DNA from: Eledone cirrhosa
Lineage: Eukaryota
Length of the DNA: 64,000 nucleotides
Assembly (NCBI GenBank): GCA_964016885.1
Contig: CAXHJY010001087.1
Span: 1-64,000 of the forward strand
Reading direction: 5' to 3'
Positions 39,601 to 54,950 of the stretch are shown here, piece after piece. A program made the position numbers and the translations under genes. Positions within the stretch are counted from its first letter, which is position 1. Each line of letters opens with the position of its first letter. Under the pieces are notes generated by a model. That model searched no databases. It had not been told where the DNA came from and saw only the letters and a list, made by a program, of their open reading frames with translations.

Positions 39601-39878
39601 CTTCTCTCCAGCATCTCCGCTATTTCAGCAGATCTACCTCTGAGAGTGCCAACATTAAGTGTTGCAACTCTGAGATGCGACGTCTTCATATTTTGTTGTT
39701 CCTATTTGTTGCTGTGCTGATAAGCGTTTTGCATTGATACACTGGTTGGATGCCCTTCCTAACACCAGCGCCACTTTACAGCATGGACTGGGTGCTTTTA
39801 TTTGTGCAACAGCACTAGAGAGGATGTCTTACTAGACTCAAGGGCCCTCTCTACTCCTCCATTTTACAGCATGGTCAT
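36604..39878 (-). mobile_element. RTE family C, near full length, decayed by frameshifts and stops
   Basis: ATG at 39689 (MKTSHLRVATLNVGTLRGR), EN and RT fragments, C4HC3 insert; ORF ends KTRPTLASREKRT* immediately before (GAT)n. 5' limit uncertain. Confidence 0.88.
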
Positions 39879-40085
39879 AAAAAAAAAAAAAATATTATTG
39901 ACACGACGCACACACACACACTCACACACTCATGCATACAAACCACAACCACACACACGCCACTCACATACCAACACTCATTCATGCATACAAACACACA
40001 CACACCACTCACAAACACACATATATATATATATATATATATTAACCGGCAGTACTGATACAAATACAAAATACAAATACAAAAT

Positions 40086-41600
40086 CTATATATATATATT
40101 ATACACATATCTATATATATATATATTATACACATATATATATATATTATACATATATACATATACACATCTATATATTATATTATACATATACACACAT
40201 ATATATATATTATACATATATACATATACATATATATATATTATACATATATACATATACATATATATATATTATACATATATACATATACATATATATA
40301 TATTATACATATATACATATACATATATATATATACATATACATATATATATATATTATACATATACATATATATATATATTATACATATATACATATAT
40401 TATACATATATACATATATATATATATTATACATATATACATATATTATACATATATACATATATATATATATTATACATATATATATATATATATACAT
40501 ATATACATATATATATATATTATACATATATATATATATTATACATATATACATATATATATTATACATATATACATATATATATATATTATACATATAT
40601 ATATATATTATACATATATACATATATATATATATTATACATATATATATATATTATACATATATACATATATATATATATTATACATATATACATATAT
40701 ATATATATTATACATATATACATATATAATATATTATACATATACATATATATATATATTATACATATACATATATATATTATACATATACATATATATA
40801 TATATATTATACATATACATATATATATATATTTATACATATACATATATATTATACATATATATATATATTATACATATACATATATATATATATTATA
40901 CATATACATATATATATATATTATACATATACATATATATATATATTATACATATATACATATATATATATATTATACATATATACATATATATATATAT
41001 TATACATATATACATATATATATATATTATACATATATATATATATTATACATATATACATATACATATATATATAATATACATATATACATATACATAT
41101 ATATATATATATTATACATATATACATATACATATATATATATATTATACATATATACATATACATATATATATATATATTATACATATATACATATACA
41201 TATATATATATATTATACATATATACATATACAATAATATATATATATTATACATATATACATATACATATATATATATATTATACATATATACATATAC
41301 ATATATATATATATTATACATATATACATATACATATATATATATATTATACATATATACATATACATATATATATATATATTATACATATATACATATA
41401 CATATATATATATATTATACATATATACATATACATATATATTATACATATATACATATACATATATATTATACATATATACATATACATATATATATAT
41501 ATATTATACATATATATATATATATATAGATTTTACATGTTACATATATTTTACATATACATATATACATAGATTTTACATATACATATATATATATATA
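40086..41600 (+). repeat. Compound AT satellite (TTATACATATATACATATACA variant)
   Basis: Distinct local unit. Confidence 0.94.
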
Positions 41601-42763
41601 CATAGATTTTACATGTGGCCGGTGCTCTGGTGCAATAAGTAGCAACAAGTGCCCACAAAATACTAGCTCCTTCAACTGCGCAGAGGGTTCTATAGAAATA
41701 GTGGACAGCTTCCGTTAACTGGGTGACAAAATCAGCAGTGGGGGAGGGTGCTCTGAAAGTACAGTAGCTAGAGTCAGAACTGTATGGAAAAAGTTCAGAG
41801 AGCTTATACCACTATTAGCCGCTAGAGGGTTCTCCCTAAAAATGAAAGGCAGGTTATACGATGCCTGCATACGAACAGCAATGCTGCATGGCAGTGAGAC
41901 CTGGGCATTGTGTGCAGAGGATATACGCAGACTAGAGAGGAACGAAGCTTGCATGCTCCGCTGGATGTGCAATAGTAATATACGTGAACGGCAAAGCATA
42001 AACGAACTAAGGAAAAAATTAGAAATAAGAGGGATCAGATGTTGTTTACTCGAGAGAAGGCTACGTTGGTACGGTCACGTGATGCGCATGAAAGACGACA
42101 GCTGTATAACAAAGTGCAGGGCAATAAAGATAGATGGTAGCCACGGAGTAGGCAGACCCAGAAAAACATGGGACGAGCTGATAAATTCCGACCTCACACG
42201 CTTACACCTCTCCAAGACAATGTCACTGGACCGAGACCTTTGGCGGTACTCAGTAATAGAGAAGACCCGCCTTACCTAAATACAAAGTAAAAACCTACTA
42301 CAGTCAGTAGGCATCTCTATCAAAATACCCCCCGTCCCACCACCTCCACCCCATCCACACCGCCCCTTTCAATGTACAGTTATGTTGGTCCCACAACATC
42401 CAGGCCGAAACAAATGAGATCGTGTAAGTGTCACGACAAAAAAACACACAGTCCACGCTGTAAATGTGGCCGTGTAGGCAACACGGTAAAAACCTCCCAG
42501 CCCCACACTGTAAATGTGGTTGGTGTTAGGAAGGGCATCCAGCTGTAGAAAACCCGCCAGACAGTCCACGCTGTAATGTGGCCGTGTAGACAACACGGTA
42601 AAAACCTCCCAGCCCCACACTGTAAATGTGGTTGGTGTTAGGAAGGGCATCCAACTGTAGAAAACCCGCCAGACAGTCCTATGCGAGCAAGACAACCACT
42701 CTTGCCTCAAGTGGGAAAACCCCCGTCCAAACCCATGCAAGCGTGGAACACGGACGCTAAACC

Positions 42764-42794
<31 letters not shown>
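41601..42794 (+). mobile_element. RTE family A, 5'-truncated, with 113-bp tandem duplication in the 3' UTR
   Basis: ORF end 41842-42279; duplication 42448-42560 / 42561-42672; (GAT)n tail. Confidence 0.92.
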
Positions 42795-42799
42795 ATATT

Positions 42800-42831
<32 letters not shown>

Positions 42832-42853
42832 CATATATACATATATATTATAC

Positions 42854-43516
42854 GAGATAAGAGGGATCAGATGTTGTTTACTCGAGAGAAGGCTACGTTG
42901 GTATGGACACGTGATGCGCATGAAAGTCGATAGCTGTATAACAAAGTGCAGGGCAATAAAGATAGACGGTAGTCACGGAATAGGCAGACCTAGAAAAACC
43001 TGGGACGAGCTGATAAACTCCGACATCACACACTTACACCTCTCCAAGACAATGTCACTGGACCGAGACCTTTGGCGGTACTCAGTAACAGAGAAGACCC
43101 GCCTTACCTAAATATATAGTAAAACCTACTCCAGCCAGTAGGCATCTCTAACAAAATACACCCCGTCCCACCACCACCACCCCCACCCGATCCACACCAC
43201 CCCGTTCTATGTAAAGTTATGTTGGTGCCGCGCCATCGAGGCCGAAACAAATGAGATCGTGTAGGTGTCACGACAAAAAAACACACAGTCCACACTGTAA
43301 TGTGGCCGTGTAGGCAACACGGTAAAAACCTCCCAGACCCACACTGTAAATGTGGTTGGTGTTAGGAAGGGCATCCAACTGTAGAAAACCTGCCAGACAG
43401 TCCTATGCAAGCAAGACAATCACTCTTGCCTCAAGTGGGACTACCCCCGTCCAAACCCATGCAAGCGTGGAACACGGACGTTAAACGTTGATGATGATGA
43501 TGATGATGATGATGAT
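42854..43516 (+). mobile_element. RTE family A, short 5'-truncated copy
   Basis: Shares diagnostic residues with the full-length copy (MKVDSC, GIGRP). Confidence 0.92.
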
Positions 43517-43587
43517 ATACATATAAATTATACATATATACATATACATATATATTATACATATATACATATACATATATATATATA

Positions 43588-46415
43588 ACTAACTTCAAAA
43601 AACGAGACAATCACTTGATCACCTACAGATCAGAACATACCAGCCAGGTAGATTATATCCTTACCGGAAGACGTGACAGAGTGTCTGTTGTAAACACTAA
43701 ATCCCTCCCCCATCCCAACATAGAGTGATAATTAGCGACCTCATAGTCAGGACTAGACGTACTCGACAACAGAAGGGTACTATCCTCAGGAGAAAAATAT
43801 GGAAGCTAAAGGACCCCACAGCCAGTAATAAATTTAAAAGCATATTACTTGATGCTTTCGACAGTAAGGAAGAGCAATTAGAGTCGTACAAGGTAGAGGA
43901 ACAGTAGGAATTCCTGAAAGCAAACCTGCTGATGGCGGCAGACGAAGTCTGTGGCTGGAGCAGGCCTGTAGGCAGGAGGAGAGTAACATGGTGGTGGAAC
44001 AGTAAGGTGGAGGGATCAATCAAGGCCAAAAAGCAGGCTTGGAAAGCATGGCGGGATGGGGGAAGTAGAGAAGACTATCAAGTGGCCAGGAGGGAAGCTA
44101 GGAGACAAGTGTACTTCGCAAGAAGGGAAGCAGAGGAAAGAAAGTTCAAGCATGTTCTACAACGCGAGGACCAAAAACGTGAGGTGTTCAGGATTGCTAG
44201 GCAATGTGTCAAGGAAAACCGTGATATTGGTGGGGAGAAGTGTGTACTTAACGATGATGGCGTACTTGCCATCACTGACGCTGATAAGAAGGTAGCTTGG
44301 AAGTGTCACTACGAAAGGCTACTAAATGAGGAGAATAAATGGGAGAAAGAGTCTCCCGCCACATCGATCCAATAGAGGGACCAGCAGTGTTAGTCGAAGG
44401 TAGTATAATAAGTAAGGCAATCAAAGATATGAAGACGGGTAAGGCGGCTGGGCCTTCGGAAATAGTTGCTGAGATGCTGAAAGCCTCCGGTACGGTGGGA
44501 CACACCATGGTCACCCGGATAGTAAACCAAGTCATACAGAATGGGGTTGTTCCGAAGGACTGGCATAGCAGCATCATCGTTAACTGTTACAAGGGTAAAG
44601 GAGACGCCCTAGATAGGAGTAACTATAGAGGCATTAAATTAATCGACCAGGTCATGAAGGTCACGGAAAAAGTAATAGCGCAACTAATCAGAGAGAGAAT
44701 TTATCTAGATGAAATGCAGTTCGGGTTTGTGTCAGGCAAAAGTACCACAGACGCTCTTTTCATTGTACGACAACTACAGGAGAAGTACCTAGCTAAAAGT
44801 AAACCCCTATACTTAGCTTTTGTCGACTTGGAGAAAGCCTTTGACAGAGTCCCCCGTTCCATTATCTGGTGGGCTCTTAGAAAACTAGGTGTTGAAGAAT
44901 GGCTTGTGAGAGCCATACAAGCCATGTATAAAGAAACAGTCAGCAAGGTTAGAATTAACAACGAATATAGTGAAGAGTTTAGCATAAAAGTTGGTGTCCA
45001 TCAGGGCTCTGTTCTTAGCCCCCTACTATTTATTATTGCCCTTCAGGCTATAACAGCGGAGTTCAAGACCGGCTGCCCATGGGAACTCCTATACGCAGAT
45101 GATCTAACGCTCATAGCTGAATCAATGGCCGAGCTCGAGAAGAAATTCCAAACATGGAAGCACGGCCTAGAATCAAAAGGCCTTAAAATTAACCTGGCTA
45201 AGACTAAAGTTCTAGTTTGTAGGAAAGAAAATAAGGCGCCGGTCCCCTCCGAGAAATGGCCATGCTCAGTGTGTAGGAAAGGCGTAGGTAGAAACTCCAT
45301 TTTATGTCCCAAATGCAAAGTATGGGTGCATAAAAGATGTAGTGGGATCACAGGTAAGCTAACTAAGAACACAGATTTTACATGTGGCCGGTGCTCTGGT
45401 GCAATAGGTAGCAGCAAGTGCCCACAAATTACTAACTCTTTCAATTGCGCAGAGGGTTCTATAGAAATAGTGGACAGCTTCCGTTACCTGGGTGACAAAA
45501 TCAGATATGGGGGAGGGTGTTCTGAAAGTACAGTAGCTAGAGTCAGAACTGGATGGAAAAAGTTCAGAGAGCTTATACCACTATTAGCCGCTAAAGGGTT
45601 CTCCCTAAAAATGAAAGGCAGGTTGTATGATGCCTGCATACGAACAGCAATGTTGCATGGCAGTGAGACCTGGGCATTGTGTGCAGAGGATATACGCAGA
45701 CTAGAGAGGAACGAAGCTTGCATGCTCCGCTGGATGTGTAATAGTAATATACGTGAATGGCAAAGCATAATCGAAGTAAGGAAAAAATTAGAAATAAGAG
45801 GGATCAGATGTTGTTTACTCGAGAGAAGGCTACGTTGGTATGGTCACGTGATGCGCATAAAAGACGACAGCTGTATAACAAAGTGCAGGGCAATAAAGAT
45901 AGATGGTAGCCACGGAGTAGGCAGACCCAGGAAAACCTGGGACGAGCTGATAAATTCCGACCTCACACACTTACACCTCTCCAAGACAATGTCACTGGAC
46001 CGAGACCTTTGGCGGTACTCAGTAACAGAGAAGACCCGCCTTACCTAAATACAAAGTAAAACCTACTAGTCAGTAGGCATCTCTAACAAAATACACCCCC
46101 GTCCCACCCCATCCATACCGCCCCCTTCAATGCAAAGTTATGTTGGTGCCACAACATCCAGGCCGAAACAAACAAGATCGTGTAGGTGTCACGACAAAAA
46201 AACACACAGTCCACGCTGTAATGTGGCCGTGTAGGCAACACGGTAAAAACCTCCCAGTCCCATACTGTAAATGTGGTTGGTGTTAGGAAGGGCATCCAGC
46301 TGTAGAAAACCCGCCAGACAGTCCTATGCGAGCAAGACAACCACTCTTGCCTCAAGTGGGAAAACCCCCGTCCAAACCCATGCAAGCATGGAACACGGAC
46401 GTTAAACGTTGATGA
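43588..46415 (+). mobile_element. RTE family A, 2.8-kb 5'-truncated copy with stops and frameshifts
   Basis: ORF pieces 43725-43907, 43932-44375, 44339-46048. Confidence 0.93.
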
Positions 46416-46543
46416 ATATATTATACAGACATATATATTACACAGACATATATATATTAAACAGACATATATATATATATTATACACACATATATATATA
46501 TATTATACACACATATATATACATATATATTATACACACATAT

Positions 46544-46886
46544 ATCATCATTTCATCATTTCATTTTATGTCCGCTTTTCATTTCATGTCCGCTTGCAAG
46601 GGTGGGACGGGAACTGATTCTGGCTTGATTTCTACAGCTGGATGCCCTTCCTAACACCAACCTCATTTACAGTGAGTGCTGGGTGCTTTTTTGCCGTGGC
46701 ACCTCCACGACCACTTTGCAATGTAATGATATGGACCACAGTCCCTATCATCTCATTTCTACAGCTGAGTAAACTGGAGCAATGTGAAATAAAGTGTCTT
46801 GCTCAAGGAAACAACACATCACCCGGTCTGAGAATTGAACTCACAACCTTTCGATTGCAAGGCCAATGCTAAACCACTGAGCCATA
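46544..46886 (-). mobile_element. tRNA-derived CORE-type SINE (same family as 10939)
   Basis: Reverse complement of 10939-11254 with a stuttered 3' end. Confidence 0.9.
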
Positions 46887-48377
46887 TTATACACACATAT
46901 ATATATAATATATATATATTATACACACATATATACATATATATTATACACACATATATATATATACATATATATTATACACACATATATATATATATAC
47001 ATATATATTATACACACATATATATGTACATATATATTATACACACATATATACATATATATTACACACACATATATATATATATACATATATATTATAC
47101 ACACATATATATATATATATATATTATACACATATATATATACATATATTATACACATATATATACAAATATATAGATTATACGCACATATATATACATA
47201 TATATATATTATACAGATATATATATATATATATATATATTATACAGACATATATATACATATATATATATATCATACACAGATATATATATATTATACA
47301 CACATATATTATATACATATATATATTATACACACATATGTTATACACAAATATATATAATACACACATATATGTTATACACACATATATATTATACATA
47401 CATATATATATATATATACATATATATATTATACACACATATATATATATACATATATTATACACACACATATATATATACATATATTATACACACATAT
47501 ATATATATATACATATATTATACACACATATATATATATATACATATATTATACACAGATATATATATACATATTACACACACACATATATATATATATA
47601 CATATATTATACACACATATATATATATATACATATATTATACACACATATATATATACATATTACACACATATATATATATATACACATATATATATAT
47701 AAATATATATATTATACACACACATATATATACATATATATATTATACACACACACATATATATATATATACATATATATATTATACACACACACATATA
47801 TATATATATACATATATATATTATACACACATATATATATATACATATATATATTATATACACATATATATATTATACACACATATATATTATACACACA
47901 TATATATATATATATATATATTATATACACATATATATATATATACATATATATATTATACACACACATATATATATATACACATGTATATATTATACAC
48001 ACACATATATATATATATACATATATATATTATACACACACATATATATATATATACATATATATATTATACACACACATATATATATATATACATATAT
48101 ATATTATACACACACATATATATATATATACATATATATATTATACACACACATATATATATATATATATATACATATATATATTATACACACATATATA
48201 TATATATATATATACATATATATATTATACACACATATATATATTATACACATATATATATTATACACACATATATATATTATACACATATATATATTAT
48301 ACACACATATATATATTATACACACATATATATATTATACACACATATATATACATATATATAGTATACACACAGAC

Positions 48378-48410
<33 letters not shown>

Positions 48411-48421
48411 TATATTATATA

Positions 48422-48455
<34 letters not shown>

Positions 48456-48463
48456 TATATTAT

Positions 48464-48500
<37 letters not shown>

Positions 48501-50499
48501 TATGTTATACACACATATATATATATATATACATATATATATTATACACACACACATATATATATACATATATATATTATACACACATATATATATATAC
48601 ATATATATATTATACACACATATATATATACATATATATATTATACACACATATATATATATATACATATATTATACACATATATATATATACATATATT
48701 ATACACATATATATATATACATATATTATACACACATATATATATACATATATTATACACACATATATATACATATATTATACACACATAAATATACATA
48801 TATTATACACACATATATATACATATATTATACACACATATATATATATACATATATATATTATACACACATATATATATATATACATATATATATTATA
48901 CACACATATATATATATATACATATATATATTATACACACATATATATATATATATACATATATATATTATACACACATATATATATATACATATATATA
49001 TTATACACACATATATATATATACATATATATATTATACACACATATATATATACATATATATATTATACACACATATATATATACATATATATATTATA
49101 CACACATATATATATACATATATATATTATACACACATATATATATACATATATATATTATACACACATATATATATATACATATATATATTATACACAG
49201 ATATATACATATATATATTATACACACATATATATATATATATTATACACACATATATATATATATTATACACACATATATATATATATACATATATATA
49301 TTATACACACATATATATATATATACATATATATATTATACACACATATATATATATATATACATATATATATTATACACACATATATATATATATATAT
49401 ACATATATATATTATACACACATATATATATATATACATATATATATTATACACACATATATATATATATATATATTATACACACATATATATATATATA
49501 TATATACATATATATATTATACACACATATATATATATATATATACATATATATATTATACACACATATATATATATACATATATATATTATACACACAT
49601 ATATATATATATATATACATATATATATTATACACACATATATATATATACATATATATAGTATACACACATATATATATATACATATATATAGTATACA
49701 CACATATATATATACATATATATAGTATACACACATATATATATATACATATATATAGTATACACACATATATATATACATATATATAGTATACACACAT
49801 ATATATATATACATATATATAGTATACACACATATATATATACATATTATATACACATATATATATATACATATATATATTATACACACATATACATATA
49901 TATATTATACACACATATATATATATACATATTATACACACATATATATGTATATATACATATATATATTATACACACACATATATATATACATATACAT
50001 ATATATATTATACACACACATATATATATACATATATATATTATACACACACATATATATATACATATATATATTATACACACATTTATATATACATATA
50101 TATATTATACACACACATATATATTATACACACATATATATATATACATATATATATTATACACACATATCTATATATATATTATACACACATATATATA
50201 TTATACACACATATATATATATATACATATATATAGTATACACACATATATATATATATACATATATATATTATATACACACATATATATATATATATAT
50301 ACATATATATATTATATACACATATATATATTATATACACATATATATATACATATATATATTATACACACATATATATGTATATATACATATATATATT
50401 ATACACACACATATATATATACATATATATATTATACACACACATATATATATACATATATATATTATACACACATATATATATTATACACACATATAT
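46887..50499 (+). repeat. Compound AT satellite (TTATACACACA(TA)nCATATATATA variant)
   Basis: Includes a cluster of GTATACACAC variants at ~49660-49830. Confidence 0.96.
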
Positions 50500-51505
50500 A
50501 TGATAATGAAATTATTGTGTAAAGTGCTCAGGTGCACTACAACTCGTCAATATAGTACATAGAATAATACACAAATGTCAGTAATACACAAATGTCATGT
50601 GTGTGTATGTGTTAGCTGTAGTGTTGGCGGATTTCGGGAAGCATGGAGGCCTTAAAGGATGCAGTGTCTCGACAGCTAACAACTGATGCAGGTAGTTTGT
50701 TCCATGCTTCAGCAACTCTGAGCGTGAAAAAATGTTTCCGAAAGTCATGGGAACTGTGCTGTTTTCTTACTTTGTGGGCATGTCCACGTGTGTTAGACAC
50801 ATGGAAATCAAAAATATACTCAGGGTCGTTGTTGGCAAGATGGTTAACAATTTTGTGGGTGTTTACCAAGTCAGTTGCCAGACGTCGGAGCTTCAATGAA
50901 TCCATGCCCAGGGAAGCAAGGCGCTCAGAGTATGGTAGATGCCTGATGGAGGGTATTCGCTTGGTTGCACGTCTCTGAACAGTTTCCAGGCGGTCAATGT
51001 CCTGAGCAAGATAGGGGTTCCAGACTGGTGATGCAAATTCTAAGTGTGGTCACACCATAGCTGTATACAGCCTTAAATAGATATCTGGAGAGCGGCTGAC
51101 AAAGGTCTTGCTGAGTGATGCTAAGACACCCTCGGCCCTCTTGACAATTTTAGAGACGTGCCTTGTCCAACGCAAATCGCTGCTGACCGTAATGCCCAGG
51201 TCACGTTCACAAGACTTCTTGATATTAGTGCTGTGGAGGGAGTATGTGGACGCTGGGTTTTTACTCCCAAAATGCATGGTGGTACACTTGTCCACAGCTA
51301 GCTTGAGCTGCCAGTCTGAGATCCATTGTTGCATTGTGTCCAGGTCAGACTGCAAGCAAGATCTATAGTGTTCAGGATCTGTCCTTTTTATCTCAAGGTA
51401 CAGCTTGATGTCATCTGCGTACTTTAGTGCTGTGGCATTCCTTAAGTTGGCATCTATGTCATTAATATATGCCACAAACAAAAGGGGGCCAAGAACAGAT
51501 CCCTG
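50500..51505 (-). mobile_element. CR1-type LINE (family 3), 5'-truncated
   Basis: QGSVLGPLLF, YADD, RDLG, PHLEF, TRGH, FFTLRV..WNKLP; 3' hairpin GTGC-acctga-GCAC. Confidence 0.9.
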
Positions 51506-52080
51506 AATATATATATACATATATATATTATACACACATATATGTATATTATACACACATATATATATACATTATACACACACATATATATATATATACA
51601 TATATATATTATACACACACACACACACATATATATATATTATACACACATATATATATATATATTATACACACATACATATATATATATTATACACACA
51701 TACATATATATATATTATACACACATACATATATATATATTATACACACATACATATATATATATTATACACACATACATATATATATATTATACACACA
51801 TATATATATTATACACACATATATATATATTATACACACACATATATATATATTATACACACATATATATATATATATTATACACAGATATATATATATT
51901 ATACACACATATATATATATATATTATACACACATATATATATTATACACACATATATATTATACACACATATATATATATATTATACACACATATATAT
52001 ATTATACACACATATATATTATACACACACTCATATATATATATATATATTATACACACACATATATACATATATATTAT

Positions 52081-52130
<50 letters not shown>

Positions 52131-53850
52131 CACACACTCATATATATATATATAATACACATATATATATATATATTATACACACACACATATATATATA
52201 TATTATATACGCACATATATATATATTATACACACATATATATTATACACATATATATATATATTATACACATATATATATATTATACACATATATATAT
52301 ATTATACACATATATATATATATATTATACATATATATATATATATTATACACATATATATATATATATATTATACACACACATATATATATATATTATA
52401 CACACACATATATATATATATTATACACACACATATATATATATATATTATACACACACATATATATATATATATTATACACACACATATATATATATAT
52501 ATTATACACACATATATATATATATTATACACACATATATATATATTATACACACATATATATATATATTATACACACATATATATATATATTATACACA
52601 CATATATATATATATTATACACACATATATATATATATATTATACACACATATATATATATTATACACACATATATATATATATTATACACACATATATA
52701 TATATATATATTATACACACATATATATATATATATTATACACACATATATATATATATATTATACACATATATATATATATATTATACACATATATATA
52801 TATATATTATACACATATATATATTATACACACATATATATTATACACACATATATATATATATATATTATACACACATATATATATATATATATATATT
52901 ATACACACATATATATATATATATATATTATACACACATATATATATATATATATTATACACACATATATATATATATATATTATACACACATATATATA
53001 TATATATTATACACATACATATATATATATATATATTATACACATACATATATATATATATATATTATACACATACATATATATATATATATATTATACA
53101 CATACATATATATATATTATACACACATATATATATATAATATACACACATCTATATATATATTATATACACACATCTATATATATATTATATACACACA
53201 TCTATATATATATTATATACACACATCTATATATATATTATATACACACATCTATATATATATTATATACACACATCTATATATATATTATACACACACA
53301 TCTATATATATATTATACACACACATATATATATTATACACACACATATATATAATACACACACATATATATATTATACACATATATATATTATACACAC
53401 ACATATATATATTATACACATATATATATTATACACATATATATATATATATATATTATACACATAAATATATATATATATTATACACATAATATATGTG
53501 TGTGTGTATAATATATATATATATATATGTGTATAATATATATATATATGTGTGTAATATATATATATATATATATATATTATACACATATATATATATA
53601 TATATATATATTACACACATATATATATATATATTATACACATATATATATATATATTATACACACACACATATATTATACACACATATATATATATTAT
53701 ACACACACACATATATATATATATATATTATACACACACACATATATATATATATATATATTATACACACACACATATATACATATATATATACATATTA
53801 TACACACACACACATATATATATATACATATTATACACACATACATCGAT

Positions 53851-53885
<35 letters not shown>

Positions 53886-53933
53886 CATATTTATATTATA
53901 CATATAGTATATACATACACATATATATATATA
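51506..53933 (+). repeat. Compound AT satellite, right end of the domain
   Basis: Same unit; short inverted block at 53490-53560. Confidence 0.95.
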
Positions 53934-54174
53934 CTCGTACAAACGAAAGAAGAAAAAAATATCAACATATAAACGGGGTATTTTTGCGAATATTTATGTT
54001 AACATTATGACTTACGTCTACATTAAAAAGTATTGCAAGCATGAGAAATAACAGAAAAACGGGGAGGGCTATTGAAAAAGAAATAAGCGATGGTCCTCTT
54101 GTCACAAGACACACGGCAGCAGTAGGGTGACAAAATTATGGTTTATTGTACCAGGTTTCAGCTTGGATATTCTA

Positions 54175-54208
<34 letters not shown>

Positions 54209-54340
54209 ATGTAGTAATTAAAGGTCAGCGAGAGAAATCGCCGAATAATTTACTTTCTGAAACCCGCCGCCTGCACCCCTCTCTCACTCTGTCCTTTTTA
54301 AGACAACAGATCACGGGCGACTTTATTTATATACACGCAA

Positions 54341-54383
<43 letters not shown>

Positions 54384-54739
54384 GCTACATATGACGATGA
54401 TGATGATGATGGTAAACGCAAAAACTTATTAAATAATAACGAAAATGGGAATCACTTTCTGACATTCACTCTATAAGACTGATGCTGTAACAATATGGAT
54501 AAATTGCTGTAGCAATAATATTGATAATTAGCAAAATCAGGAAAACATCGTAAATAATCTTCTTTACCCGAAATAATTCCGCTAAGAATTGTCTGGTTGG
54601 AGAGAATTTCCATTGTTCTAACGAGTACGACCACGGTGTAGGCGGTGTGCAGTGACCGGATGTTGTTTGTTCCATACTCCTTCCTTGACCCTTCCGAAAA
54701 TAATAAAAATCAACTCCAAACAACAAACAAAAATAAAAA

Positions 54740-54950
54740 CGAGGGTGCTTCTATGCGATTGCTCAACCTGCTAGAAATAGCAGCAAGAACTCCTTTAATT
54801 TACATCCTATTTTATTTTTTTAATCGAAGTCATTAGATAATGTAGTCCTGGATAACCCCGAAAAGGAGGGGATGGTTATCGATTGAAAGCCTTTGATTAT
54901 ATAGGTCTGTGTGTTTGATTAGGGTTGACTTTAGGCTAAACAATAACAAT
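54740..54950 (+). mobile_element. Old SINE-like repeat with (CAA)n-type tail
   Basis: CTGCTAGAAATAGCAG...GGGTTGAC..AGGCTAAACAAT; reverse-complement homologous to the five copies at 56386-57450. Confidence 0.6.

Noticed and set aside
14109-53972. Dozens of long Ile/Tyr/His/Thr ORFs (up to 800 aa) and their Met/Cys/Val antisense partners
   Set aside because: Direct translations of the satellite, which lacks plus-strand stop codons by composition; no coding signal.
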